Shown here: positions 50,901 through 63,861 of the stretch, one piece after another
Position numbering within the stretch: the stretch's first letter is position 1
Layout: the number at the start of each line of letters is the position of its first letter
Assembly: GCA_012295275.1 (NCBI GenBank)
Contig: CM022676.1
Coordinates: forward strand, 12,834,001 to 12,898,000
DNA length: 64,000 nucleotides
Direction of reading: 5' to 3'
From: Chrysomallon squamiferum
Lineage: Eukaryota > Animalia > Mollusca
Notes under the pieces: generated by a model
Told to the model about the DNA's origin: nothing
What the model saw: the letters and a program-made list of their open reading frames with translations, nothing else
Database searches by the model: none
Made by a program: the position numbers and the translations under genes

Positions 50901-52846
50901 GTCCCGACTACCACTTCTGCAAACTGAAGAAATATTTGAAAGTGTGTTTTGGCATGAAGACAAGCAAGCAATATGAAATCAAGTCAATGGATTACCTATC
51001 ACTGCAAGAAATATTGCTAAAGCAACTGCAGTTGACAAAGTATTATCTCGGGTTGTACATTATAACATGTATGGATGGCCAGAAGAGTCTTCTATTTCAC
51101 CGGAGCTGTTACCTTATTTCAGAGTGAAAGATGAATTAACCGTGGAGGAAAACTGTCTTCAAGGAGGAATGCGAGTGATTATTCCCGATAAATATCGAAC
51201 AGATATTCTGCATTATCTTCATGAAAATCATCCTGGAATTGTGCGAATGAAATCTTTGGCTAGATTGCATGTGTGGTGGCCTCATATGGATATTGACATT
51301 GAAAAGAAAGTTAGCAAGTGTAAGTGTTGCCAACTACAACAAACAGTCATGCCAAAAAGTACAGCTAATGCATGGATTTGGCCCACCAAACCATGGCAAA
51401 GAATACATGTTGATTTTGCTGGACCATTCATGAAAGAAATGTTCATGATTGTGGTGGATGCACATTCTAAATGGATGGAAGTTTTTCTAATGTCCAGTAC
51501 CAGAGCAACGCATGCAGTAGAGACATTGAGAAATCTCTTTGCAAGTTATGGAATGCCAGAGCAGTCGATTTCTGATAATGGACCTCAGTTTGTTGCAGAG
51601 GAATTTGAAACATTTCTTAAGAAAAATGGAGTGAAACACATCAAATCAGCTCCATACCATCCAAGTTCAAATGGTGAGGCAGAAAGAGCTGTTCGTACTT
51701 TCAAAACTGCAATGAAAACAGTTGAGTCACGAACCATGAACCAGAAGATTTCATCATTCTTGTTTGCGTATCGGAACACTCCACACTATACTACAAAATG
51801 TACTCCATCAGAATTGTTTCTTGGCAGACGTGTTCGAACGAGATTGGATATTTTGCGTCCAAGTTTGGAGAACTCTGTTAAAAAAAGAACTATTCCAAAA
51901 GCAAGTAAAACACGGGTGTTCAATGTTGGAGATTCAGTACAAGTGAGGAACTACAGAGGATCTGACAAGTGGTTGAGTGGAAAAGTACTGTGTCAGCTAG
52001 GGCCTGTTACCTACAGAGTGAAAATTGGAGATTTTGTATGCAAAAGACATGTGGATCAACTTCGTAAATGTGTGCATTTGGAAGATAATAGGAACCCGTT
52101 CCGAGAACTGTCTGCAATTGGTACGGAGTCTGAAATGGAATTTGCTGAACCAGCTGTTCAGGTGGAAGAGACTGAGATCAAAAATAGAACGGTTACTTCT
52201 AATGCCGTAGACGTAGAGGATGCTTCTAATGCCATCGACGATACCGTTGACGATGTACCGCAACTACCAATACCGTCTACCCCAAGATATCCTAGACGTG
52301 CTCGAAAAACACCTCAAAGACTGATAGAAACTATTTAAAGTGATTTAATCTGAATATGTGTAATACGGAATTCATTGAAAGATTGTAGAATTAGTGTTAT
52401 TTTTTGTTATTATATATTTTTGTTTTAAGAATAATATTTGTGATTTGAAGTTCCATATGTGACCAATGAACATACTTGATAAACTGTAATTGAACTATTA
52501 GTATTATGGTGTCCAATGAAAAAAAAAAAAAAAGTGTATTTTTTAAGTTCAAAGTTCCATTGTTTAATTATTATTAATTAGTAAATCACACAAATTTATT
52601 TTAGAAATTTACATATAACATAATTTGTGGGTAAATTGAAAATTTGGTGGGGAGGAAGTGTTGTATTTAAATGGTGTTATAGTTAACATTGTTACAGTTT
52701 ACGATGTTTAAGAGAACCGGAAGAATATAGAGTATTATATGAAGTCACCGAGAGCGTGCGTCAGTTTTGTTCGTAGCAATTTTTGAAACGAAATAAATTG
52801 TTTGGAAATTGAAATGAACTTTATGTTTTAATGTTAAAACATAACA
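47952..52846 (+). mobile_element. Full-length Ty3/Gypsy LTR retrotransposon (Mag-like), young but disabled
   Basis: 188-bp LTRs 47952-48139 and 52659-52846 (TG...CA, 3 mismatches); 5-bp TSD GGTAA (47947-47951, 52847-52851); PBS TGGGGACGAGGATGGGAT at 48142-48159 (tRNA-Ser-like); PPT 52646-52658. Confidence 0.97.
48203..52338 (+). pseudogene. Gag-Pol polyprotein of the Gypsy element, interrupted
   Basis: Gag with two CCHC knuckles, protease DTGAS, RT ILDD, RNase H, integrase HHCC + D,D35E (DFAGP, SDNGPQF, SNGEAER). Stops at 49757-49759 and 50974-50976; frameshift near 50740. Confidence 0.95.
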
Positions 52847-53245
52847 GGTAACAAGCAAGACACAAAAGGTGCAGTCTTCATGAAAGTGTCACACAGGGCA
52901 GACTAATCCTTCTTACCACACCTAGCTATACTACCAACCCTTTCAATATCAGTGCTCCAGTTGATGGTCGTGGACATTTTTTTTCATAGTTTGATCCCTT
53001 AACATCTAGACAATTTGACTTTAAATTAAGGAATTTTCATACTTTATTCTGTTTTTCATTTTTTATTTTTTTTATTTATTACTTAATATTGTTCCCTTTA
53101 TATTTTGAAGATCTCAAATATATGAAGTAGTGCCATGTGACACACCAAAGTTGCCAGTACTTTCACCTAACCCTGAAAAAAAGAAAGTTATATGATGAAA
53201 AACCAAAAGGCAATCAACAGCTGATATGACCTTAATAATCAATTC

Positions 53246-53497
53246 AATGATATTACATATCTAGTTCAGCATATAACAGTTATTTTTAAAATAAATTATT
53301 ATTTTTGATTAATTAAATACTACTTTATTCTCATCAACACATTCACTTAAATGAACACTAACTGAAATAAACACCAGCTATAAGTATTAGGCAGCAGCTG
53401 TAAACAGATATTAAACGAAGTACCAGGACAATTACCCCATGGACAATTGCACCCTGGACAACAGCCCCCAATATTTCTTCAAATATACCAATCAGAA
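53246..53497 (+). repeat. Dispersed repeat/MITE-like, copy 2
   Basis: Near-identical to 39354-39588. Confidence 0.8.
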
Positions 53498-54114
53498 TGA
53501 TTTTCAAGTAACATTCCAATAAATTAGTCAAAGCTAACTAGAGTCAGCTAATTCCTAATTCGGGCTAATTAAATACTTAAGCTTTCTTTGATTTGGCAAG
53601 TGATCTATAATTGAGATGAATGAAACAGTATATTAGGTAGTAAAAATATTATTTTCTGTAAGATGGAGTTTATCGACTCAGAGTGTGGTCATCCAAAACG
53701 TGCCTTCGCAAACTATGCATATGTCCGACAGAAAGAACTCAGTAGTGGAGTATTACTACTAATAATAATAATAAATTACAAAAATGAATATACTAGAGAA
53801 TTCATGAGAAGAAAAAAGAGAATAATAAATTGATAAAGCAATAACTTTTTAGTTTATCTGAGTGCCGAGTACATTTTTGATAAAATATTCAGTCTAACAT
53901 AAGCAAAAATAAAAGTAATTGATCCTAATGCATAATTTTGTTTCCTGATTGTCTTGTTCAAAAAGGTATGTACACTACAAACTACAATTTGAAATCTTTT
54001 ACCATTTTTTCAACATCAAAGTTAGCTGTTGAACATACAATATTAATATCTTAACTTCCCTTCTTACACACTAAGCAAGACATACCTTTATAATTATAGA
54101 TTAGGTTCTACTTC

Positions 54115-54160
54115 AATAATAATAATAATAATAATAATAGTAATAGTAATAATAATAATC

Positions 54161-54208
<48 letters not shown>
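54115..54208. repeat. (TAA)n microsatellite
   Basis: Imperfect trinucleotide run; similar runs near 2590, 3760, 5520, 20545 and 24975. Confidence 0.95.
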
Positions 54209-54211
<3 letters not shown>

Positions 54212-54799
54212 TAAATGAGTAAACAAATGAAATAAAGTATTTTAATAACAGTCTTTTCATTTTGAAGGTTAGAGCAAGTTTTATAAATTTCTCTATTTTA
54301 AAATAAATATGCTAGAACTGGTAGTTAGTCTACAAGACAAAAGTTCAGGAAAACAAATTGATTTGTCCAGATTTGGTTTCCAGTATTAGTTATCAGCACA
54401 GAACCTTCATTATTAGTAATCTTTCATCTCAAAATTTTTGTTTTCTTTGATACTGAACTTGAATTGAAGCCTCTGTCTTGCAACATAAAGCAATTTTGGA
54501 TGGAAATTTCTCAAATAAATCCCATTTTCATGTGAGCTTCCTACTTATTCCTGCACAGGATTTACTTAAACTGAATATTGCATGCAGTTAGGCTCCTCTA
54601 ACAATACTTTATACTTTTCTGATGAATTTGTTAATTATCATAAAAATTAAATGATAGCAACCAGCAAAAAATGACAACAAATATCAACAGAATCAGAAAT
54701 TAACTGAATAAACTTTAGAATTATTCATACTGACTGAAGCTGATTAACATACAGTTTTTACAAAGCTGCATATGCCTTTTATGACAATTTTTAAAATCA

Positions 54800-55600
54800 G
54801 TTTTGCAAATGACGGGAATGAAAATGAAACACTCAGGAAAACATATTTTTATTAATTTATTTATTTACAGATATAGATATTTTTTACTTTAATATTAAAG
54901 ATTGTATAAAATTATAAAATTATTTAATCATTTTCATGGATGTCTCATAAATTCCAACTTTAGATGGATAGCTCAAGATGTGACTAGGCTACAGACCAGT
55001 AGATCTAAACTTCGGCGGGGTGTAAAAAGTCCTTATACAATATGTGCTTTTGACCAAGCATTAAATAGAAAAAACGTATGGTCGAGCTACGACAATTGAA
55101 CGAATGACGCATCAGGAATTGGTGGAAAATACCAAAGAAGAAGGATAGTTTCGTTGCGTTCTTACAACACCTCTGCCAGTAAGTTATTAAATTTATCAAT
55201 TTTATGTTGTTTTTCGCTAATATTTAGAAACAAACATTTCAGTAGAACAACTGGTACACATTTCGGCCTGGAGTCTTTCATTATTTTGCGGATCACAGTC
55301 GTGGCATTCACAATGGAAGTAAGTGGTATTCTGATAATGATTATTATGATAATTATCTTGATTTAAATATTATTTGTGTTTCAGTGTTATTATATATTTA
55401 CACTATTATACTAAATAAATTCAAACAAATGCTCGCTAAAGATGTGTAACAAGAAAGTAGATCTATAGCACCGTATACGTCAACGAAGTCGTTTTTATAA
55501 CAGATTATATGATTCAAATGAAGTACCAGCTGATCTGAATGAACGACATGCTACTGTTACTAATATCACATAATGCGGCGTCTTTTATTTTTCTCAAAAA
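54800..55600 (+). promoter_or_regulatory. CpG-retaining putative promoter/5' UTR of gene D
   Basis: Local CpG enrichment around the first ATG exon; ISRE-like GAAAATGAAAC at 54820-54830. Confidence 0.4.
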
Positions 55601-58600
55601 TACATAAATAGAAAATATGATTAAAATAATTAAATGAGCATGTAGAACAATCATAAATTAATAATTTTTACAAATAAAACACTACAGAATAACAACTATT
55701 GTCTGAGTAAAATTATTGCATAGTTTAAACTGCACGTAAATTATTCAGTAATCTGAAATTGATACAGAAATTAAATTAAAATAAACATGATAAATGTTTG
55801 TGCATAATTACATATACAGTAAAAATTGCAATTTACAAAGGTTGCAAAGAGAGACTCAAGGCAGAGTCTGAAGTAATTGTAAACAAATATTAAAATGAAA
55901 CATTTGTTAAATATTTTAACAGTTATCGCATGAATCTGTGTAAAATATTTTGTTACAAGCACTGTTTTAATAGAAACTGAATATTAGTGTATATATGGAG
56001 ATATTTAATTTCATTTTCATAACAAAGGCTGGTTATATCTTATTTTCTTATTTCACGATTTCACGTTCACATAACTTCACTTCTCCCTATTTATCTAACA
56101 TAGCTTGAATCTTGTATTAATATATATACATTGATTTTTAATTTATTTTTTTAATTTGTGATGTTTAATTATTTTACAGATAATGATCATAGAAGTGGCT
56201 GTGCTGTTTTTCTTGATTGCTAACAATTCTGTAAAAGGTATGAACGGCAGTAAAATTACATAATAAATTACTGTAAATTATCATTATATTTAGGCATTTT
56301 AGAAAAAAAAGTTCCGATGATTTCTTTAAGTATTAAGTTATATTTTGATACTATGTATATATATGAGTATGCATAGGCCTACCTTGAAAGTAGCTTTGCA
56401 GTAGTATTCCTGTTTGCTGTCAGAAATTTCAAAGACTAACATATTCAGATTTTTCTATCTAGGGGTCATGCATTTCTCTATCCTACATGGGAACTGAGAT
56501 GTTGCCTTTTATTTCTATGGCAGCATGTAACCATTTTGAAAGAAACAAGAATAACAACAAAAAAAAAGGAAAAAAAGGTTAAAATGATTAAAATGAAAGA
56601 CAAATTACTTTAGCAGTGAATATTTAATGATTAGTTTTTGCTGCAGATGATTATAAAAGACTATACTTAATATTGTTTTATTTTTTTATAATTTATTTAT
56701 AATGTTAATGCCCCACAATATCACCAAAATCAGCAAAATAAAATCCAGATTGATGAGACAACTAATAAATACAGGTTCTATTGTATTATGAACTAATACT
56801 GAATGCAGGGCAATTACTGGACAATTAATTGTTCACTGGACGACTGCTCACCGGACATTTGCTCACTGGACAATTAGTCACCTTTAGGCTTTTTTTTATT
56901 AATATTATTTTAGTAATAAAAAAGACAACATAATTTTTTGTTGATAAAAAAGAACATAAAACAGAATGTCCCAAGGCACAGCTCTAAGGCAGTTACTGTG
57001 ATTATAACGTGTTTCACATGTTCAATACTGATTACATTATAATTTTAAGGTAACCATTAAAACTTTATTGTTGGTTTAGGTAGTCAAACTTTTATTCTTA
57101 TGTGTTGTTTTTAGTAATTATTTACTTTTTAGCATTTTATCTCTACTCTGCAAGGCTTAACATTTTGATCATCACAGATTTAAAGAGAAATTAGAAAATA
57201 TTGCTGATTGAGAATGAATTTTGCTATCTTTTTTATTTATTTATTTATCAGAGATTGTTACTCCCACCAACCATTTACACATACATATGATAACCTGAAA
57301 TAAAATTTATTGAAAAAAGTCAATGTTGTGTTGAGCAGTTGTTCTACTTCTCACTTTATTGGTGAGCAACTGTTCATACACTACTAATTTTACTGTAAAT
57401 ATAACTGTAGAGCTTGTTACATAAAGAAAGCTAAAATAGCAACATCTTACAAAATATAGACCAAATTATAATGCAGAAAAGACAAAACTGTTATTTTCAC
57501 CAATACATAATGTATTAATTATTGTCTATGATCAGTTTTTTTGTGTAAAGGCCTTTAATTTATTTAAATTAACATAAAACTTATTTGACGTAGGTTGAAT
57601 GAGTTGTTCATTTTTCAGGTGGTGTAACGAAGACATACATAGATTGTGTAAGACCAGGTTATCCTGGACACAAGTCAACAGTCATTTGCAGAGTAAATGA
57701 AACTGTGCAAAATGGTTTACAAATGTTTCGTGCAAATGGTGATCAGGTACTGACATGTGATGCTGCTCACACTGTTTGTTTTCCAAATGGAAGAATAAGT
57801 GGTTACAATGCTACCATTGACCCAAGTACAAAAGATGTCATATTTACAATATGGTCATTCAATCCTGACATAGATGTTGGAACCTGGACATGTGGTGATG
57901 GATCAAGAATTGGAGTTGGTGAACCTACATGTAACAAAACTGAATTAAGTATGTAAATATAAATATACATAAAATAATTGCAGTTGAATATTAATCGCTG
58001 AAGCAAATTGATAATTGTCTTTATAAATGTTTATCAAACCTGTTTATAATGACCACACATGGGATGTCTCTAAAGTGGCCTTTACACACAGGTGACCATT
58101 ATCTAGAGGCCCTTGATTTAGTAATTATTATTAGTTTTTTTTTTTTTTTTTTTTTTAACCTTAATATTACAGTTATAAAAAATGTAAGTGACAAGTACAA
58201 ATACTTTTGTGTGAAATAACATTTTTTATTTTATAAGATAATTTCCATGTTAGTAAATAATGTTCATTGTTTAAAATAGTGAGTTTGATAGTTTTCCATG
58301 TCATTGCACATGTAATGAAAACATATGTTTAAAAAAGTTAATTTGAGAACAGATGACACCAGCATAATAATCAGTCTTTCATACACTTAAATTTTTTGTT
58401 CATATTCTTTTAATAATGTTGATTTTCTGATGTTAAAGCTATGAAATTTTGCATGAAAACTCAGGAAATATTGACAGTAACGTTTATAAGATAGTTTGTT
58501 TTATTGAAAACTATTACCAAGATGGCATGTTTAACTAAGCTTTTTAATGTATGACATCCAGTGATAGTTTGATTATTTGGTAACTCAATAAGCAGCAGCT

Positions 58601-61600
58601 AAAAATGTAATCTTAATAATCTTAAGAATCTTTATTGATTGCTGCCAACAGCTATTTATATCTGTTGATCAGTTATCTTATTATGTCTAAATTAGCAAGC
58701 TCTTTGAGTAAATTTCTTAATAAGCATAATGTAATTACACAATGCAGTAACAACAGTTAAAAATTGCATTAGGAACAGCAAATGATAGCTGGGTATTTAA
58801 ACAACTCTTAACTGCTTTGAGTACAACAATGGAGATCCAGTGAAATTGTCTCATTGTTGTAACATTGTGTCAGAGAGGTTATTGAGTGTGTATGTTTTTC
58901 AATTACCGTCAGCAGAACTTGGTTAAATTTGCAAATACTGAAATGTTGTGTCCATTACAGTAGGTTCAGTTGACTCTTATCAGTTAAAGAAGGAAATGCC
59001 TTTTGGGGCATTTGTGGTGACCGTTACAGCCAAGTGTTCTTCTGAACAGGTACCTGTTAGACCAGTTTCGACTGTGTTTGTGTGTCCATCTATCTATAAT
59101 TTTGATAATTCAAACTTGGTGGTGTCAAAAAATAGTTTAGCTTTCAGGAAATTCAAAATTTTCAAAATTCAAATACTTACAGGAATTCCAACTGATGATA
59201 CTATGTTGTAATAAACATACACTCTTGCATATTTAATTAACTTAGTAAGTACAAAACAGTAAAATACACAACTATAATGAATTTGACATACATATCCAGA
59301 TACTAGAACATGTGTGTGTGTGTGTATTTGTGTGTTTTTGTGTGTGTGTTCATGTGTTTTCAGATTTCCTATCTTGGCAGAACGGAATTAACACAGTTTG
59401 TTAACTGGCCTTTAATTACAAGCAGGATTTTTGGCTCGATATGCTCATTTGTAAGCAAAAACACACCAATAAATGAAATTTAACACTTTACAATAATTCT
59501 TTGGTTATGTGTTATGTAAAGAGGACTTGCACAGATGATCAGTAGTAAGTTAATTTCAGTCTTCTTAATCAACGACCCATTATTTGTGGAAACAATAGCT
59601 TGATCATTCCAATACTTTGAGTTTTCAGAGGCAAATTTCAGTTAAATCACTAGTCAGGGATTACAAAACACCTTTCGGAAAGAGAGATTTTCACGTTATT
59701 GGTATTTGAATTCTTGAAGGTCATTAACAAGGTATATAAGAGTTCGGTGTGATAAGACTTTCATTTCTAGACATATAAGTGTTTGAAACATCTGAGTATG
59801 AATTTTGAAATCTTGACTGTGTGTTGCCATTTATCTTAAGTTTATCAAGGTTGTTAAATGTGTGGTAATTAAAGGATTATGGAACACTTAATAACTTGAT
59901 TTCTGATTTATCAGAAATGAAAAACCACAGCTGTTCTGACAGTTTATCACATTCAACTAAAAGTTTCAAAATTATAAAAATGATCTATTTGTTGAGTGTT
60001 AACATATTCTTTTATATATATATCTAAACATATTACAACATTAACTACCAATGACCAAGATAGGTTTTGCCCATAATACTCATATGCCTAACAAACATTC
60101 ATTTAAAATCAGTGTGGCAAAACACAAAAAATATAAATTGTCTGACACTAATAATAGTTTGATTAACTAAACATTATTTTTTAAAGTAATCATTAACCTT
60201 TGGATAATTAATTTTTTTGTTTTGTTTTTAACGTTGTCAGTTTCTAAAATTTGCCTTTCAGACAACATCACACTGATTCCACCAGAACCTGGTGAAGTTA
60301 CTGAAGGAGAGAGTCTGGATGTAACATGTGATGCTAACTGTAAACCACCTTGTTCATTTTCCTGGATGCTTGAACAAACAGAAATAAGCAGCTCATCACA
60401 GCTTCATCTCAGTAATGTAAAAACTGAACAGAACGGGGAAGTGTACACATGTATAGCACAGAATTCTAAAAAAACATCTCAAAGTATAAACTTCACACTG
60501 ACTGTTAAAGGTAAGATCTGCACAGTTTATGTGATAATCTTTCCTATATTGTTTTCATTTCAATATATTTCTTGTGCACAAAAAAAAACAGAGTTAAGCC
60601 ACACACCTGTCAAATGTCAATTATGTATTCTGTAGTCACTTAGTAGTTAGTGGCAACTTTTTCTTTGCACATTTAAACAAAAAAATAGCATTTGACTTGG
60701 AAATGTACCATACTGCTGAAAAATCATTAAAAATTGTTCATTAAATTGAATTTGTATACATTTTTTTAATTTTTAATTTTTGCATTTAGTATGTACATAT
60801 GAAAGGAATGAGGAGAAGTTGTGAGTTATCTACTCTCAGTAGGTGGCATAGTCTGTACAGGATTAGCGATGTATTGTTTACGACAAAAGCTATTGCTAAC
60901 AATGAGAAGTTACTATTCAGTGTATAACAATTAGTCTATGCCATCATGTCACTAAAGTGGAGACATTTTACCATTGTAATAAATACTGGTGCTCATGACA
61001 GCATACATCTAATTTATAACTAAATATAACCAATGTAGATTACAGACTTGTATGAAAGTTGTATCAGAACAAATATTATGTTGAATATCATTAAACTTAA
61101 AAACAAACTTGCTCTCTTCCTATGTATAAAACATTTCATTCTTTAAAACAAATGTTTGTACAAAGCCTAACATCCTTAAACAATTTGCCTCAAATGATAT
61201 GAAAAATAACTAAAAGACAACAAACAAACAGCTGTATATTAAATTGTCACTCTCACATGATACTTCTCCTTTCCACATTACTCTGATATAATTTGACCAA
61301 AGAAAATGTGTTGACTTGTGCTTTTTGTTTTAATTCCCTATGGATAAGATTCCTCAAACCATCTTTTTTTCTTCTTCTTTTTTTTAATTAATTTCTTATT
61401 AAATTTAAAATATTCTAAAAAGATGTGTTTAGATGTAAAATTGGTTGGGAATTGTACTATGTATGCATTTTGAGGGTGAGAGGGTAAACACAATAACATA
61501 AAATATATTATAGTTATGTTATATAAATATACTGTTTATAATAGTAAATAATGATACGGGTGCACAGATTGAAATTCTACATAACCCATTACTGGTAATC

Positions 61601-63433
61601 CTTTCATAAATCATATTTTTGATTTTTAAATATTGGTAATAATACATATATGATAAGGACTATGAGAGATAGATTATTATTTAAACAGTTCATGGAAAAT
61701 CCTGAATAAAATGTGCACTTCAGAAAGCAGACTTTTTATTTTTATTTTTTTCTCCACATATTTGTTTTTAGAGGGCTTTTCGAATCTCAATGTGTTTTTC
61801 TTCTGTTGGGGTACATGTTATTTCTCTGGATGATTATATTTGCTGTCAAGATGCCAGTAACTAAGGTGCTTACTATCTCATCTATGGGATATAGACATTT
61901 ATAAAATTATGACAGGGATTAGTAAATTCAAATTGTGACAGTAATGTGTTATCATGATGGTAAAATACATATCCACTGGATAAATCAACAAGAGTGCAAA
62001 TTTAAGATTAGAAATTACCTTTAAAAGTTTATCATATATTTTCCTGTAAAAGGGTATTACAAATGCCAAACAGAACTTTAGTTATTTGCATTCATCAGTA
62101 GATAAAAGGCAGTTTTTTCACTTATTATCATTATTAATATATCATTTACTTAATATTTGTCTTTGATTTATCTTTCCTCAATTTCATATATAGAGATAGA
62201 TAATCTCAAGTTTATATAAATACAAGAATTAGTACATTAATAAAATTATCTGTAGTTAGTATACATGTAAGAAATATAACTTCTGAAATACATTTTATAG
62301 AAATCTTGGTTTTACGTTAAAACAAAGATGAGATTATATATATTTGTCACATTGATATCGTGAAAAAATAGGCTATAGATCTCTGGATTTAAAAAATAAA
62401 ATGCTTAACAAATTTTATCTTAAAGATTTTGGCAGCACTTAGATAATTTAGTTTTAAATAAAGAAATGTATTGCTGTTTGCTGAAAATATAAAGAAATAT
62501 TAAAAATTAGTTTTTGGGGGGTTGCTTTTTAATGTACAGTTTTATAAATTAAATTGATTTTATGGTAAAAGAAATAATCGAAAAGGCCATAGTTATTTTT
62601 GTTAGAAGGAAAAACATTGTTTATGAATGCTAGAAATCTATATTAAGCTTAATAATGGTTATAAATGTTTGAGATAAAGGTATATAAAATGACATTTTGA
62701 AAATTTTATTTTGTGTATGTGATAAATTAATGGTTATCTATAAAATTGGATTATAAGTTACAATGAAAACACAGAATTACAATTTAACTTACATAAGGAA
62801 TAAGTTTCCATAAAAATAGAAATTATCAAAGCAGTGGAAGCAAGGCCATTAATTAGCCTAAACAGGAACTTTTCCTTTTTAGCTGAAGAAAGAAGTACAA
62901 CAAGTGTTGCTACAACAACTCCAAACCTGGGATCAGGTTCTGGCTGTAACTTAGTTTGTATTATCCTCATTACAGTGATCAGTGTCACAGGTCTTTGTAT
63001 AATCATAACATGCTGTCTGATATCACAAAGAAATCAAAAGACAAAGAAAAATGATAAAACTACAAATATTGAACTGAGCAGTAAAATGAACATTGAAAAG
63101 TCTCAAACTGAGGTTTCTGTTGATATCAAAGCAGAAGAAAATTGTAACATTCAAGAGAACATTGACAAAAAACATGACACTGAAGATGTAGAAACTTCAC
63201 AGTCTGTCAAAGATAGGATTGCTAATGAATCTTCGTACAATATGTCTGGTAACCATGGAAGTGATGAAGATAATGAAAGTTCTGAAGATTACTCATATAA
63301 TCAGACAAATGTAAAACCGTCAAATCAACCAGTCAGTAAAGATGTCTGTAAAGAACTCACAAAATCTGAAGTTTGTCAACAGTCAGTCACTGATTCACTG
63401 AATAAAACTGATGTGAGCAACAATACAGCATAG
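55313..63433 (+). CDS. Gene D: type I membrane protein with signal peptide, V-like Ig, C2-type Ig, Ser/Thr stalk, TM and acidic low-complexity tail
   Basis: Exons 55313-55318 (ME), 56180-56237 (IMIIEVAVLFFLIANNSVKG), 57619-57948 (6-Cys V-like, DVGTWTC), 60262-60510 (CDANCKPPCSFSW...YTC) and 62883-63433 (TM CNLVCIILITVISVTGLCIIITCCLI, stop TAG) splice in frame with AG/GT ends. The ATG at 56183 is an alternative start. Confidence 0.85.
56805..57376 (+). mobile_element. MITE-like non-autonomous element, copy 2 (intron of gene D)
   Basis: Sub-terminal ggacaattgctcacc-type repeats with inverted ggtgagcaactgttc; body colinear with 42775-43410. Confidence 0.7.
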
Positions 63434-63805
63434 AGCCAACATCCTACCAGACAGAATTACAATAATGCTGATCATCAGAAAACAAAACATATTATTACTA
63501 TTGATGTCAAAATCAAATTATAAACAAATTAAGCAGTTTCAAATTTAATTTGTTTTTTATTCCAAACTTTTTATTTGCTTCAGCTCAGTACACTTAGCTA
63601 CATTCTTCATTATTTCAGATAATTTCTAGATGCCAGTGATTGTTTGTCGATTCTGCTTAACTAATCAAGGAATAGCTTTATTTCTATCTTCTAATTCTGA
63701 TATAAAAAAAAAGCTTTAAAAAGAAGTTTATACTATGTTGACTGTTTTAGTTCCACATTGAGTAATATGCTTATTAACATAGATAAAGGTACAGCTTAAT
63801 GCCTG

Positions 63806-63810
<5 letters not shown>

Positions 63811-63857
<47 letters not shown>

Positions 63858-63861
63858 ACAC
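63811..63861. repeat. (CA)n microsatellite
   Basis: Dinucleotide run. Confidence 0.95.

Noticed and set aside
48207-52263. Antisense and alternate-frame ORFs inside the Gypsy element
   Set aside because: Shadow ORFs of gag-pol with no recognisable motifs.
39354-57376. Two repeat pairs with similar ~14-kb offsets suggesting a segmental duplication
   Set aside because: The sequences between the repeats are unrelated (Academ-like element vs gene D 5' end); more simply independent dispersed repeats.
58948-59211. ORF in a gene D intron as an additional exon
   Set aside because: No Ig signature or convincing phase-compatible donor; the D model is complete without it.
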